Shown: piece by piece, positions 1-10,962 of the stretch
Position numbering within the stretch: the stretch's first letter is position 1
How the letters are laid out: every line of letters starts with the position of its first letter
DNA from: Aestuariivirga sp.
GTDB lineage: Bacteria > Pseudomonadota > Alphaproteobacteria > Rhizobiales > Aestuariivirgaceae
Length of the DNA stretch: 64,000 bases
Reading direction: 5' to 3'
Assembly (NCBI GenBank): GCA_043778995.1
Contig: JAYWFC010000052.1
Coordinates: 6,914 to 70,913 of the forward strand
Program-made: the position numbers and the translations under genes
Notes under the pieces: generated by a model
The model's database searches: none
What the model was told of the DNA's origin: nothing
What the model saw: only the letters and a program-made list of their open reading frames with translations

Positions 1-2
1 AA

Positions 3-1880
3 GTGAAAAAAGCAAAACCTCAGCCACGAGAATCCTTTCTGGCAAGATGGTATAAATCTTGGACTACAAACAAGTCCAAGACTTCAGCCCCTGTTAAAAA
101 GCGCCGCATGATCGATGAGAATGCGCCCGGCGATGTTCTCAGCCGCTTTGCGCCATTGAGCCTCAAGAAACCGCATCTTGATGAAGAAACTGAAACGCCT
201 CTTTCAGAGGAGGATGATTTTGCGCCCTTCGAATCTGAAATGGAGGATGACGTTCAATTTGAGGCGGATGATGACGTTGAACTGCCCATCACAATGCCGA
301 TGGCAAAACCGGTGGCCAAATCCAGCACCGCGCCAAAATTAAAAGCCACGAAACAAAAGCGATTTGAATTGCCATCGCTCGAGCTTTTGTCTGAACCTAA
401 GAAAGTTGGGCGCCTGCCTGAATTCAACAAGGATTTTCTGGAAGAAAATGCCAGAAGGCTTGAAGGCGTGTTGGAAGATTTTGGTGTGCGTGGCCAGATT
501 ATTAACGTGCGCCCGGGCCCTGTTGTAACACTTTACGAACTTGAACCGGCACCAGGCATCAAATCATCACGCGTGATCAGCTTGGCTGATGATATTGCCC
601 GTTCGATGAGTGCTATATCAGCGCGTGTTGCCGTTGTTTCTGGCCGCAATGCCATTGGCATTGAATTGCCCAACTCTAAACGCGAAACCGTTTATTTGCG
701 TGAGCTTTTCCAAGGCGAAAGCTTTATGAAAAACAACACCAATCTGACGTTGGCGTTGGGAAAAAATATTGGCGGCGAACCAATTTTTGCAGACTTAGCC
801 AAAATGCCGCATTTGCTGATTGCTGGTACAACAGGTTCCGGCAAATCGGTGGGCATCAATACCATGATCTTGTCGCTTCTCTATCGCTTGCCACCTGACA
901 AATGCAAATTGATTATGATCGATCCGAAGATGTTGGAATTATCGGTCTATGAAGGCATCCCCCATTTGTTGGCACCGGTTGTAACCGATCCGCGCAAAGC
1001 CGTTGTTGCCTTAAAATGGGCGGTGCGAGAGATGGAGGATCGCTACAAAAAAATGTCGAAAACCGGCGTGCGCAACGTTGATGGCTATAATGCCAAGCTG
1101 TCCCAGATGGCAGAAAAGGGTCAGAAACTTTCGCGCACAGTGCAGACAGGCTTTGATGCTGAGACAGGCCAGCCTGTCTTTGAGCAAGAGGAAATGGATT
1201 TGAACCCCATGCCTTACATTGTGGTGATTATAGACGAAATGGCCGATCTCATGATGGTGGCTGGCAAAGATATTGAAGGTGCCGTTCAGCGGCTGGCGCA
1301 GATGGCGCGTGCAGCCGGCATTCATGTGGTGATGGCCACACAACGCCCATCGGTTGATGTGATCACCGGAACAATCAAAGCCAACTTCCCCACCCGCATA
1401 TCATTCCAAGTGACGTCGAAAATCGACAGCCGCACAATTCTGGGCGAACAGGGCGCTGAACAACTTTTGGGCCAAGGCGATATGCTTTATATGGCTGGTG
1501 GCGGGAGGATCTCACGGCTACATGCGCCATTTGTGTCGGACGGCGAAGTGGAAGAAATCGTCAATCATCTCAAATCCCAAGGTGCGCCTGAATATGTGGA
1601 AGCTGTTACCGAAGAGTCGGATGAAGATGCTGTCGGTGAAGGTACCACCGGTTATCCGGGCGCTGAAGGTGGCTCTGGCGATGAGCTTTATGACCAAGCC
1701 GTGGCGGTTGTGTTGCGCGACAAAAAGGTTTCTACATCTTACGTTCAGCGGCGCCTACAAGTCGGTTATAATAAAGCCGCCAGCTTGATTGAACGCATGG
1801 AAAAAGAAGGACTTATTTCTGCCGCAAATGCCACAGGCAAACGCGAGATTTTGGTGCCGGGCGATAGCGCTCGTATGTGA
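3..1880 (+). CDS. ftsK: DNA translocase FtsK, C-terminal part (5' end cut by window edge)
   Basis: Frame is open from the window edge. Walker A GTTGSGKS, motor motifs [13 protein letters not shown] and [12 protein letters not shown], and a C-terminal winged-helix gamma domain ([25 protein letters not shown]). Confidence 0.95.
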   Translation: MKKAKPQPRESFLARWYKSWTTNKSKTSAPVKKRRMIDENAPGDVLSRFAPLSLKKPHLDEETETPLSEEDDFAPFESEMEDDVQFEADDDVELPITMPMAKPVAKSSTAPKLKATKQKRFELPSLELLSEPKKVGRLPEFNKDFLEENARRLEGVLEDFGVRGQIINVRPGPVVTLYELEPAPGIKSSRVISLADDIARSMSAISARVAVVSGRNAIGIELPNSKRETVYLRELFQGESFMKNNTNLTLALGKNIGGEPIFADLAKMPHLLIAGTTGSGKSVGINTMILSLLYRLPPDKCKLIMIDPKMLELSVYEGIPHLLAPVVTDPRKAVVALKWAVREMEDRYKKMSKTGVRNVDGYNAKLSQMAEKGQKLSRTVQTGFDAETGQPVFEQEEMDLNPMPYIVVIIDEMADLMMVAGKDIEGAVQRLAQMARAAGIHVVMATQRPSVDVITGTIKANFPTRISFQVTSKIDSRTILGEQGAEQLLGQGDMLYMAGGGRISRLHAPFVSDGEVEEIVNHLKSQGAPEYVEAVTEESDEDAVGEGTTGYPGAEGGSGDELYDQAVAVVLRDKKVSTSYVQRRLQVGYNKAASLIERMEKEGLISAANATGKREILVPGDSARM

Positions 1881-1964
1881 TCATGTTGTTGCCCTATTTT
1901 TGCCCGTTTAAAAATTCATAAGCGTGCTATGCAACGGACGGAAAAGATTCGGATGGTAAAAATT

Positions 1965-2600
1965 ATGAAGGCAATGCGCTGGTTTATTTCGGTGTTATTT
2001 TTGTTGGCTCTATGTGCTGGGCCACAACTGGCCGAAGCAAAATTAAAGCCAATCGCATTGGCTGCTGGGCAGCAGCAAGCCATTGCCAAGATCAACGCGT
2101 ACATCAACAGCTTTCAATCTCTGAAATGCGATTTTGCTCAAGTGTCATCAAAAGGCAACTTGAGCCAGGGCGTGCTTTATATTTCAAAGCCCGGCAAACT
2201 TCGGTTTGATTATGCAGCCCCCAATCCGTTGCTGATCATCGCAGATGGCCGCTGGCTTACGATCAAAGACAGGGTGCGTGAACGTGGTGATCAATTCCCA
2301 TTGTCTGCAACGCCTTTGCGTTTGGTTGTGTCTCCGCAAGTTGACCTTTTGGCAGAAACCGATGTTGTGGCCTTTGACCAGCGCGACGGTATAACCAGCG
2401 TATCGTTGCAAGATCGCAAGGGGGGAATGGGCGGATATATTACGTTGATTTTTGATGATCAGCTCAATCAATTGCAACAATGGATTGTTGTTGACGGTAA
2501 AGATCGCCGTACCAGCGTTCAGCTTTCCAACATTCAATTTGGCGGAAAATTTGATCCGAAATTATTTATCGGGCAAATTAATCGCGAACCAACGAAATAG
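1965..2600 (+). CDS. lolA: Outer-membrane lipoprotein carrier LolA-like periplasmic protein
   Basis: Signal peptide MKAMRWFISVLFLLALCAGPQLAEA. About 210 aa, LolA-like, immediately downstream of ftsK (conserved synteny). Start chosen at the internal ATG 1965; the ORF track starts at 1929. Confidence 0.8.
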   Translation: MKAMRWFISVLFLLALCAGPQLAEAKLKPIALAAGQQQAIAKINAYINSFQSLKCDFAQVSSKGNLSQGVLYISKPGKLRFDYAAPNPLLIIADGRWLTIKDRVRERGDQFPLSATPLRLVVSPQVDLLAETDVVAFDQRDGITSVSLQDRKGGMGGYITLIFDDQLNQLQQWIVVDGKDRRTSVQLSNIQFGGKFDPKLFIGQINREPTK

Positions 2601-2656
2601 TTTTTCCACCAATAGTTTTGCTTGCCGCCCCGTGAATCCCATGTCATTCCAGAGAA

Positions 2657-3460
2657 ATGGGATTCAGATTGGCAACATGGAACATCAACTCAGTGCGCCT
2701 GCGCATTGGGCTTGTTGAGCGGTTATTAAAAGAACAGCAGATTGATATTCTGTGTTTGCAGGAAACAAAATGCCCACAAGGCCAGTTTCCATCCAAGACA
2801 CTCACCGATCTTGGTTACCACCACATCGCTGAATTTGGTCAAAAGGGCTATCATGGCGTGGCAATTGTGTCGCGCTTGCCTTTTACCGCGCAGCACTCAC
2901 GCAATTTTTGTGAAAAAGGCGATTGCCGCCACGTGAGCGTAAAGTTTGACGCGCCTACGCCTTTTGTTTTGCATGATCTTTATGTGCCTGCCGGCGGTGA
3001 TGAACCTGACCGAAACATCAACGAAAAATTTGGCCACAAGCTGGACTTTTTAGATGAGATGATTGACTGGTCAAAACACCATTCAACGCCTGCAGGTTAT
3101 GAAGCCATCGTCGTTGGTGATCTGAATGTAGCACCCCTCGAACATGACGTATGGAGCCATAAAGCTCTGCTGAAAATTGTGAGCCATACCCCCATTGAAA
3201 CAGAGCGGTTTGCTAAAATGATGAAAGCGGGCAAATGGGTTGATGTCATGCGCGGCCACATCCCCCATCCAGAAAAGCTATATACATGGTGGAGCTACCG
3301 GGCCAAGGATTGGGAGACAGCCAACAAAGGCCGCAGGCTGGATCACATCTTGGCCACCGAAAAACTGGCAAAGACATGCACGAAGCTTTTGGTGTTAAAA
3401 GAAACGAGAGGCTGGACGCAAACCTCAGACCATGTTCCCGTGATTGCAGATTTCGCTTAA
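2657..3460 (+). CDS. xthA: Exodeoxyribonuclease III (AP endonuclease)
   Basis: LATWNINSVRLR N-terminus, LCLQETK, and C-terminal SDHVPV motif typical of the ExoIII/EEP family. Confidence 0.93.
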   Translation: MGFRLATWNINSVRLRIGLVERLLKEQQIDILCLQETKCPQGQFPSKTLTDLGYHHIAEFGQKGYHGVAIVSRLPFTAQHSRNFCEKGDCRHVSVKFDAPTPFVLHDLYVPAGGDEPDRNINEKFGHKLDFLDEMIDWSKHHSTPAGYEAIVVGDLNVAPLEHDVWSHKALLKIVSHTPIETERFAKMMKAGKWVDVMRGHIPHPEKLYTWWSYRAKDWETANKGRRLDHILATEKLAKTCTKLLVLKETRGWTQTSDHVPVIADFA

Positions 3461-3924
3461 CCCAAATCTGAGAAGTTGCGTGATTTTGACAACATCACAC
3501 GAACGCCTTCCAGTTCGCGCAGGTGCGCTTCAAGCTTGTCGCCCAAGTTACGAATAACACCGCGGCCAAATTCAGGATATTCCTTGGCAACGCGCACGAA
3601 AAGCTCATGGCTTATGCGCGCTGTCTCAACGGTACCCGATGCAGTGGCAGATATGGCATAAGTGCCTGAACCCAACATGGCAACTTCACCTAAAAAAGAG
3701 CCAGGCTCGGCATACCCAAGTTCAATTGTTCCATCACGAAGCTTGGCTTGACCATTGAGAATAACAAAAGCTGCGCGCGCCTTCTTGCCTTTCTCAATAA
3801 TGTCTTCGCCAGACTGAAATTCCTGCCGCTCGGCAGCAAAAGCCAGAATTTGCAAAGCAATAGGGTCGCAATCCCGAAATACCGGAATGTCTTGCAAAGT
3901 TTGCGAGTCTGCCCGAACGCTCAT
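3457..3924 (-). CDS. Cyclic nucleotide-binding (CAP effector-like) domain protein with no DNA-binding domain
   Basis: cNMP-binding fold signature (FQSGEDIIEKG ... GSFLGEVAMLG). ATG at 3924 preferred over the TTG at 3978. Lies downstream of and co-oriented with the response regulator. Confidence 0.75.
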   Translation of the reverse strand: MSVRADSQTLQDIPVFRDCDPIALQILAFAAERQEFQSGEDIIEKGKKARAAFVILNGQAKLRDGTIELGYAEPGSFLGEVAMLGSGTYAISATASGTVETARISHELFVRVAKEYPEFGRGVIRNLGDKLEAHLRELEGVRVMLSKSRNFSDLG

Positions 3925-3990
3925 AGAGCCCCAACCCCGTTTGACTTCCGAATCCCCATTTGGCCTTTTGACTGCCAAACGAGCGAAAGA

Positions 3991-4677
3991 TCAAGGGATC
4001 AGTTTATAGCCACCAGCTTCTGTTACCAAAATTTCAGCATGGGCTGGGTCACGCTCAATCTTTTGGCGCAAACGATAAATGTGGGTTTCAAGAGTATGCG
4101 TTGAAACCCCCGCATTATAACCCCAGACATCTTGCAACAAAAGTTCACGGCTGATCGGCTGTTCACCGGCGCGATACAAAAATTTTATGATTGACGTTTC
4201 TTTTTCCGTCAGCCTTATTTTCTTTTGATCTTCCTTCAAAAGAATCTTGGAGGCCGGTTTGAATTGATAAGGGCCAATTTGAAATATGGCATCTTCGCTT
4301 TGCTCATGCTGGCGCAAGTGTGAACGAATGCGGGCTAGCAAAACTGCAAACCGAAAAGGCTTTGCGATATAATCATTGGCACCAGAGTCGAGACCTAAAA
4401 TTGTATCAGCGTCAGAGCTTTCGGCCGTCAGCATCACAACAGGTCCCTTATACCCATTGCGCCGCATGATCTTGCAGGCTTCACGCCCGTCCATGTCTGG
4501 CATGTTCACATCAAGGATAACCAAGTCAGCGTGCTCTGCTTTTAAGGCCTTCACACCAGCGGTTGCGGTGGCAGCATCTGTCACTTGAAATTCATCATGC
4601 AGTGAAAACTGTTCTTTCAGTGTTTCGCGCAAGGCATCATCATCATCGACAATTAGAATTTTTTTGGCGTTGGACAT
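3991..4677 (-). CDS. OmpR/PhoB-family response regulator (orphan, CenR-like neighbourhood)
   Basis: Receiver domain KILIVDDDD ... DLVILDVNMPDMDG and a winged-helix output domain (THTLETHIYRLRQKI). No histidine kinase adjacent. Alternative starts at 4692, 4707 and 4710. Confidence 0.88.
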   Translation of the reverse strand: MSNAKKILIVDDDDALRETLKEQFSLHDEFQVTDAATATAGVKALKAEHADLVILDVNMPDMDGREACKIMRRNGYKGPVVMLTAESSDADTILGLDSGANDYIAKPFRFAVLLARIRSHLRQHEQSEDAIFQIGPYQFKPASKILLKEDQKKIRLTEKETSIIKFLYRAGEQPISRELLLQDVWGYNAGVSTHTLETHIYRLRQKIERDPAHAEILVTEAGGYKLIP

Positions 4678-4748
4678 ACTGTTCCGTTTCATTTGATTTT
4701 CTGCCATCATATTGAAAGAATTTAGATTTTAGGGCAATTCAAGTCACT

Positions 4749-5273
4749 GTGAGCAAAACCATAACACATCTTCACGTTTTCGCGATCAACGCGTGTTCAA
4801 GCCGGGGCATGTTGCGCGCGGGTGACATGATGTTTCCCTGCCTTTTGGGTAAAAACGGCCGAACACATCAAAAGCGCGAAGGTGACGGCAAATCGCCGAT
4901 TGGTCGTTGGAAATTGGAAGTTTTGAATTTTAGGCCAGACAAAATGTTAAGACCACGCACCAGGCTGCCTGCCCGGGCCTTAAAAAAACTTGATGGTTGG
5001 TGTAATGCAAATGGCAATCGCAATTACAATCGGCCAATTCGACTTCCGTTTGAAGCCAGCCACGAAATATTGTGGCGCGATGATGAGGCTTATGACCTGC
5101 TTGTCACCACAGATCACAATCAACGCCCAAGAAAACAAGGCATCGGCAGCGCCATTTTTTTTCATGTCATCAGAAAAGGTGCCACCGGAACCGAGGGCTG
5201 TATTGCCTTATCTGAAAAGCATTTGCGCGCTGTTCTAAGCCTGTGTTCGAGGCACACTTATTTGGTGATCTGA
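4749..5273 (+). CDS. L,D-transpeptidase (YkuD) catalytic-domain family protein with no signal peptide
   Basis: Active-site-like motif FFHVIRKGATGTEGCIAL (His ... Gly-Cys). GTG start at 4749. Confidence 0.7.
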   Translation: MSKTITHLHVFAINACSSRGMLRAGDMMFPCLLGKNGRTHQKREGDGKSPIGRWKLEVLNFRPDKMLRPRTRLPARALKKLDGWCNANGNRNYNRPIRLPFEASHEILWRDDEAYDLLVTTDHNQRPRKQGIGSAIFFHVIRKGATGTEGCIALSEKHLRAVLSLCSRHTYLVI

Positions 5274-5902
5274 GGTCTTGTGCCAAAAATGGCTGAGCCC
5301 ACGCGCACATAGGTCGCACCTTCGGCAATTGCCGTTTCAAAATCACCACTCATTCCCATCGACAACTCTTTAAGTCCATTGCGACGAGCCATGTCGCGCA
5401 ACGTTTTAAAATGGGGTTGTGGATCATCTTCCACTGGAGGGATGCACATCAGCCCTACCACAGCCAGACCCATGCCTTTGCACAGAGAAACAAACCCATC
5501 GACATCTTCCGGCATGATGCCAGCTTTTTGAGCCTCACGTCCCGTATTCACCTGCACAAAAAATTTGAGTTCCCGGGCTGATTTCTTCATTTCTTTGACC
5601 AAAGCCTCAGCAATTTTAGGCCGATCAACCGTTTGGATAACATCAAACAATGCCACAGCTTCTGTAGCCTTGTTGCTTTGCAAAGGGCCGATCAAATGAA
5701 GCTCCACGCCTGGAAATTCTTGTCTTAGTCCCGGCCATTTACCTTGTGCCTCTTGCACGCGGTTTTCACCAAACACCCGCTGGCCTGCGCGAAGCACAGG
5801 GTGAATGTCTGACGCATCAAAGGTTTTGGAAACGGCAACCAAAATAGCGCGGTTAGCGATTTTGGCTTTAATATCATTCAGTCTGGTTATTGCATCGCTC
5901 AT
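5258..5902 (-). CDS. yggS: YggS-family pyridoxal-phosphate homeostasis protein
   Basis: LVAVSKT (PLP lysine), FGENRVQEA and IGPLQSNK motifs. Start moved to ATG 5902 (MSDAITRL); the longer track ORF would overlap leuS. Confidence 0.9.
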   Translation of the reverse strand: MSDAITRLNDIKAKIANRAILVAVSKTFDASDIHPVLRAGQRVFGENRVQEAQGKWPGLRQEFPGVELHLIGPLQSNKATEAVALFDVIQTVDRPKIAEALVKEMKKSARELKFFVQVNTGREAQKAGIMPEDVDGFVSLCKGMGLAVVGLMCIPPVEDDPQPHFKTLRDMARRNGLKELSMGMSGDFETAIAEGATYVRVGSAIFGTRPQITK

Positions 5903-5976
5903 GGCTTGGTTATGAGCACGCTTGCGACGCTTTTCAAGGACTGGTACGGAAACACCGAGCATATTATGTTGAGAGA

Positions 5977-8565
5977 ATGAAATTGGCCGCTGAACGTTAT
6001 AACCACCGCGAAACCGAACCAAAGTGGCAAGCCCATTGGGCAGCACACAAAAGCTTTGAAGCATCAGAGGATGCAGCGCGGCCTAAATATTATGTTTTAG
6101 AAATGTTTCCCTATCCGTCGGGCCGCATCCACATGGGCCATGTGCGCAATTATACCATGGGCGATGTGATAGCCCGTTTCAGACGTGCTTGCGGTTATAA
6201 TGTGCTTCACCCCATGGGGTGGGACGCCTTTGGCATGCCTGCTGAAAACGCCGCCATTGAACGTGGCATCCACCCAAAATCTTGGACCTATGACAACATT
6301 GCCACCATGCGTGGGCAATTGAAATCCATGGGGCTTTCGCTGGATTGGTCTCGCGAATTTGCCACCTGTGACCCTAGTTATTACATGCACGAACAAGCCA
6401 TGTTTATCGATTTCATGGCGGCAAATCTGGTTGAGCGCCGTGTCAGCCAAGTGAATTGGGATCCTGTTGATCAAACAGTTCTGGCCAATGAACAGGTGAT
6501 TGATGGCAAGGGTTGGCGCTCTGGCGCACCGGTTGAAAAGCGCGAACTTGCTCAGTGGTTTTTAAAAATCACTGATTATGCCCAAGAGCTTTTAACTGCC
6601 TTGGATGAGCTGAAAGATTGGCCCGAAAAAGTGCGGCTGATGCAGAAGAATTGGATTGGTCGTTCAGAAGGTTTGCGCTTCACGTTTGATCTGGAAGATT
6701 CATCAGGCAAGCCTGTCGAGGGTGGCTTGACCGTTTATACCACGCGCCATGATACACTTTTTGGTGCAAGCTTCTGCGCAGTGTCGGCCGATCATCCATT
6801 AGCCAAACAAATTGCGGAAACTAATGAGGGCTTGGCAAAATTTCGTGCGGAAGTGGCGGCCTTGGGCACTTCAGAAGAAAATATTGAACGCGCAGAAAAG
6901 CGTGGGTTTCCGCTTGGGCTTTTTGCCGTGCATCCCTTTGATCGTTCTCGCAAGGTGCCGGTCTTTGCCGCCAACTTTGTACTGATGGGATATGGCGAAG
7001 GTGCCATTTTTGGTTGCCCTGCGCATGACCAGCGTGATTATGATTTTGCCAAGAAATATGATCTGCCAATCCTGCCAGTGGTAGGGCCTAAAGATGGAAC
7101 TCCGGTTGACGTTTCTATAGAACCCTATCTGGAAGATGATCCATCCAAAGTATACTTGATCAATTCCGATTTCTTGAATGGCATGACTGTCGATGCGGCC
7201 AAATTGGAAATTGCCAATCGCTTTGAAAAGCTCGGCTCTGGCAAGTGCACGGTCAATTTCAGGCTGCGGGATTGGGGCGTGTCGCGCCAACGTTATTGGG
7301 GCTGTCCCATCCCCGTCATCCACTGCAAAACCTGTGGCATTGTGCCGGTGCCAAAATCACAATTGCCGGTGACACTTCCTGAAGATGTTAAATTTGATAA
7401 GCCGGGCAACCCTTTATCGCATCATCCAACGTGGAAGCATGTAAACTGTCCGCAATGCAATGCTGCCGCTGAACGCGAAACGGACACGTTTGACACATTC
7501 ATTGATTCATCTTGGTATTATGCACGCTTTGCTTCGCCCCATGACGCTGGGCCTGTTGACCCTGCTGCTGCAAAATATTGGCTTCCCGTTGATCAATATA
7601 TCGGTGGCGTTGAGCATGCCATTTTGCATTTGTTATATTCGCGCTTTTATTCGCGTGCGATGATGAAAACAGAACACTTAGGCGTAGCGGAGCCTTTTAA
7701 AAGCTTGTTCACGCAAGGCATGGTTATCCACGAAACATTCAGGGCCCCAGATGGTGAATGGGTTTTGCCGACGGATGCACTCCAAAAAGATGGGGCTTGG
7801 GTTCACGCTAGAACTGGAGTTCCATTGACTGTGGGTGGCATTGAAAAAATGTCAAAGTCAAAGCGCAATGTGGTTGACCCTGATACAATCATTGCAGCCT
7901 ATGGCGCTGATACGGCCAGGTGGTTCATGTTATCAGACACTCCGCCCGAACGTGATATCGAATGGACCGAGGCAGGTGCGGAAGGCTCGTGGAAATTTAC
8001 GCAAAGAATTTGGCGATTGGTTACTGATATTGCCGAATTGCCCATGGCTTCAGCCACGCTTGATGAAGATGGTTTGGCTTTGCGCCGCGTTTCGCATCGT
8101 GCAGCCCAAGCGGTTACAGATGATTTGAACAACTTGCGCTTTAACCGGGCGATTGCGCGCGTTTATGAACTCGCAAATGCAATTGGCCAGGCTTTGGCTG
8201 TTCCCGAGAAATCATCCGGCGTGGTTGGTGCATTGAAAGAGGCTGGCGATTTTCTGGTGCTTCTGATTGCACCCATGATGCCGCATTTGGCCGAGGAAAG
8301 CTGGTTGGCTTTGGGCCATGATATAGCGGTGGTCGACACGCCTTGGCCCAAAGCTTCCGATGCTTTGACTGCAACGGCTGATGTGACCATCGCCATTCAG
8401 ATCAACGGCAAGCGCCGCGATGAAATTACCGTCGCCAAAGGCTTGGGCCAAGCCGAACTTGAGCCCATGGTTTTGGCACTTGAAAACATCAAGCGTGTGA
8501 TGGATGGTAAGCCCGCCAAGAAAGTTATCGTTGTGCCCGATCGGATTGTGAACATCGTATGCTAA
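5977..8565 (+). CDS. leuS: Leucine--tRNA ligase
   Basis: N-terminal [17 protein letters not shown] (HIGH) motif and KMSKS motif. About 860 aa from ATG 5977. Confidence 0.97.
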   Translation: MKLAAERYNHRETEPKWQAHWAAHKSFEASEDAARPKYYVLEMFPYPSGRIHMGHVRNYTMGDVIARFRRACGYNVLHPMGWDAFGMPAENAAIERGIHPKSWTYDNIATMRGQLKSMGLSLDWSREFATCDPSYYMHEQAMFIDFMAANLVERRVSQVNWDPVDQTVLANEQVIDGKGWRSGAPVEKRELAQWFLKITDYAQELLTALDELKDWPEKVRLMQKNWIGRSEGLRFTFDLEDSSGKPVEGGLTVYTTRHDTLFGASFCAVSADHPLAKQIAETNEGLAKFRAEVAALGTSEENIERAEKRGFPLGLFAVHPFDRSRKVPVFAANFVLMGYGEGAIFGCPAHDQRDYDFAKKYDLPILPVVGPKDGTPVDVSIEPYLEDDPSKVYLINSDFLNGMTVDAAKLEIANRFEKLGSGKCTVNFRLRDWGVSRQRYWGCPIPVIHCKTCGIVPVPKSQLPVTLPEDVKFDKPGNPLSHHPTWKHVNCPQCNAAAERETDTFDTFIDSSWYYARFASPHDAGPVDPAAAKYWLPVDQYIGGVEHAILHLLYSRFYSRAMMKTEHLGVAEPFKSLFTQGMVIHETFRAPDGEWVLPTDALQKDGAWVHARTGVPLTVGGIEKMSKSKRNVVDPDTIIAAYGADTARWFMLSDTPPERDIEWTEAGAEGSWKFTQRIWRLVTDIAELPMASATLDEDGLALRRVSHRAAQAVTDDLNNLRFNRAIARVYELANAIGQALAVPEKSSGVVGALKEAGDFLVLLIAPMMPHLAEESWLALGHDIAVVDTPWPKASDALTATADVTIAIQINGKRRDEITVAKGLGQAELEPMVLALENIKRVMDGKPAKKVIVVPDRIVNIVC

Positions 8566-9062
8566 AAGGAAAAGTCATAGGATTGTTGTTCGTTGGATTG
8601 CTGTGCCTCAGTGCTTGCAGCAGCTATCGACCTCTCTATGGCAAAGGGCCAGATGGCTTGAGTGTCAACCAAGGATTGGCGAACATTTCGGTTCCTGAAC
8701 AGCACACGCGCGCTGGGCAATTGTTGCGCAACGAACTGTTGGATGGAATTGGTTCATCTCCGTCGGCGCGCTTTAGTTTGAAACTCGACATAGTCGAAAA
8801 GACGCTCGACGTGTCGTCACTTGCCTCATCAAGTGCTGAACGCAAGCGCTATAGTTTATCGGCGCATTATGAGCTTCTTGATTCTGCTTCCGGTAAAATT
8901 GGAACGAGTGGCGAGAGTTTTTCAAACGTGTCTTTCGATACAATCAACCAACCTGTCGCTGATCTCACCGCAGCTGATAATGCCAGGCTTCGTGCTGCAA
9001 AAGAGCTCGGTCAAGATTTGAAGTTGCGTTTGGCGGCCTTTCTTTCAACCCAAAAAGGTTAA
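8559..9062 (+). CDS. lptE: LPS-assembly lipoprotein LptE
   Basis: Lipobox LLCLSAC. Overlaps the leuS stop and sits in the conserved leuS-lptE-holA order. Confidence 0.8.
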   Translation: MLKGKVIGLLFVGLLCLSACSSYRPLYGKGPDGLSVNQGLANISVPEQHTRAGQLLRNELLDGIGSSPSARFSLKLDIVEKTLDVSSLASSSAERKRYSLSAHYELLDSASGKIGTSGESFSNVSFDTINQPVADLTAADNARLRAAKELGQDLKLRLAAFLSTQKG

Positions 9063-9065
9063 GCC

Positions 9066-10067
9066 TTGACGGTTTTGCGTGAAGAGGAATTTGACGCTTT
9101 TGTGAAAAGGCGTTTGAGTTCTATGAACGGCGTTCTCGTTCATGGCGTCGACGCAGCTGCCGTAGCGGGATTGGGCCGGCAAGTCGCACGTCAGCTGGGA
9201 GCCTCTCCTCAAAGGGTAGACGTTGCTGCGGCCAAGGCTTCAATTGGTATGTTTCAAGATTCGTTTTTGTCGCTTTCGCTGTTGGGCGACAGGGAAGTTC
9301 TTCTCATCGATGGTGCTGATGATTCTTGTTTGAAATTCCTTGAGGCGAGCATCGCTTTTGAACAGCCGGCTAATTTCGTAATTTTGTTGGCGGATAGCTT
9401 GTCGAAAACTTCAAAGCTGCGAGTGGCTTGCGAGGCATCAAAGCTTTTTGCCGCTCTAACACTTTATGAAGAAGACCGCAGCAAGCTCTTGGCTCGCATC
9501 GAGAAACATTTCTTGTCATGTGGTTTGCGTTGGGGAGAGGGTGCCGAAGAAGCTTTTTTCGCCAGCGTTGGCAATGACCGTATGATCGTGATGCAGGAGG
9601 CCGAAAAACTTGCCACCTATTGCCATGGCAAAGCTGAAATCAGTGAAGTCGATGTGAATGAGGTCTGCGGCGATACGGCGGAGTTTGATGCTGATCAATT
9701 GATAGACGCAGTATTGGGCGGCGATCTTGAATCCACCGATCGTATTATGACAAGCTTAGGCAATGATACGCGCAGCGTTTTTGTGATGCTGCAACTTCAC
9801 ATATCAAAGCTTCAAAGTCTGCGCACCGAAATGGAGCGCGGCCAGACCTTGGATATGGTGGTGAAAAATGCCAAGCCACCGATATTTTTTAAACGCAAAG
9901 CAGCCATTACCAATCAGCTTCGCAAATTTGAATTGAATGATTTGATCGACATTCAAGAAACGATCAGTGCGACGACATTTCAGTCTCGAAAAAATGCAAG
10001 CTTGGCCGATGCGATCAACAACCGTTCGTTATTATCCTTGGCAAGGCTTGCACGCTCACGAATGTGA
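9066..10067 (+). CDS. holA: DNA polymerase III subunit delta
   Basis: 333 aa, TTG start. Conserved position after lptE, with delta-subunit-like N-terminal clamp-loader fold sequence. Confidence 0.8.
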   Translation: MTVLREEEFDAFVKRRLSSMNGVLVHGVDAAAVAGLGRQVARQLGASPQRVDVAAAKASIGMFQDSFLSLSLLGDREVLLIDGADDSCLKFLEASIAFEQPANFVILLADSLSKTSKLRVACEASKLFAALTLYEEDRSKLLARIEKHFLSCGLRWGEGAEEAFFASVGNDRMIVMQEAEKLATYCHGKAEISEVDVNEVCGDTAEFDADQLIDAVLGGDLESTDRIMTSLGNDTRSVFVMLQLHISKLQSLRTEMERGQTLDMVVKNAKPPIFFKRKAAITNQLRKFELNDLIDIQETISATTFQSRKNASLADAINNRSLLSLARLARSRM

Positions 10068-10922
10068 AACGCCAAACCTTTTGATGATGTCGTCAAGCTG
10101 ATCGAGCGTTTTGTAACTGATTGAAACCGTGCCACCCGCCTTGTCTTTGTGTTTAATATTCACTGAAAGTCCAATGGCTTGGCTTAAGGTTTTTTCGAGT
10201 GCTTTGGTGTCTGCATCTTTTTCAGGCTTGGCAATATTGCTTGGCGTTTGGTTTGTATCGCGTGCCAAATCTTCAGCCTGCCTAACGGTGAGATTCAGTT
10301 TGATAATCTTGTCGGCCAGAATCTCTGGTGATTCAGTTGCAATCAGAGAACGGGCATGGCCTGCGGTCAATTCGCCTTTTTCGATTTGCGTTTGAATGGC
10401 ATCGGGCAATGTCATTAACCGCATGGTGTTGGCGATGTGGCTCCGGCTTTTGCCAATGGCGTCTGCCAATTGTTGTTGTGTATATGAATAATGTTCAATC
10501 AGTTGACGATAGGCACGGGCTTCTTCCAGTGGATTGAGATCGCTGCGTTGGATGTTTTCAATCAGAGCGATTTCAAGCGTTTCTTTGTCATCCAGCTCAC
10601 GAATGAGAACCGGAAGATCGTGCAATCCAGCGCGTTGGCTGGCGCGCCATCGCCGTTCACCTGCAACAATTTCAAACGAGCCATCGCCGCGTGGACGCAC
10701 GACGAGTGGCTGAAGCAAACCTTTGTCTTTAAGCGACTTGGCAAGGCTTTCCAAATCTTCCTCAGCAAAATGTTTGCGTGGATTGTTCGGATTGGGATGC
10801 AAAAGTTCAACCGGAACATGGCGCAGAGAGCGGATGTCTTGGATGACGGATTCCTCGGATGTGTCATCCCCGATCAGCGCGGCAAGGCCTCGTCCTAGTC
10901 TGCGCTTTTGTACCTGTGTCAT
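10056..10922 (-). CDS. parB: Chromosome partitioning protein ParB
   Basis: LGRGLAALI N-terminus, GERRWRA box, and HTH QQQLADAIGKSRSHIANTMRLM. Confidence 0.95.
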   Translation of the reverse strand: MTQVQKRRLGRGLAALIGDDTSEESVIQDIRSLRHVPVELLHPNPNNPRKHFAEEDLESLAKSLKDKGLLQPLVVRPRGDGSFEIVAGERRWRASQRAGLHDLPVLIRELDDKETLEIALIENIQRSDLNPLEEARAYRQLIEHYSYTQQQLADAIGKSRSHIANTMRLMTLPDAIQTQIEKGELTAGHARSLIATESPEILADKIIKLNLTVRQAEDLARDTNQTPSNIAKPEKDADTKALEKTLSQAIGLSVNIKHKDKAGGTVSISYKTLDQLDDIIKRFGVSHS

Positions 10923-10962
10923 GAATAAATACCTTGTTTAGAATGTTTCGGATATGAATTGA

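Noticed and set aside
5890-5976. N-terminally extended versions of many track ORFs (leuS, yggS, ahcY, dnaK, secB, PBP1A, regA, AKR, frcA, frcB, glcG, mnmE and others)
   Set aside because: The extensions overlap the divergent neighbour or lack an RBS. The internal ATG or GTG restores the canonical family N-terminus, often with a GGAG-like RBS. Starts remain predictions.
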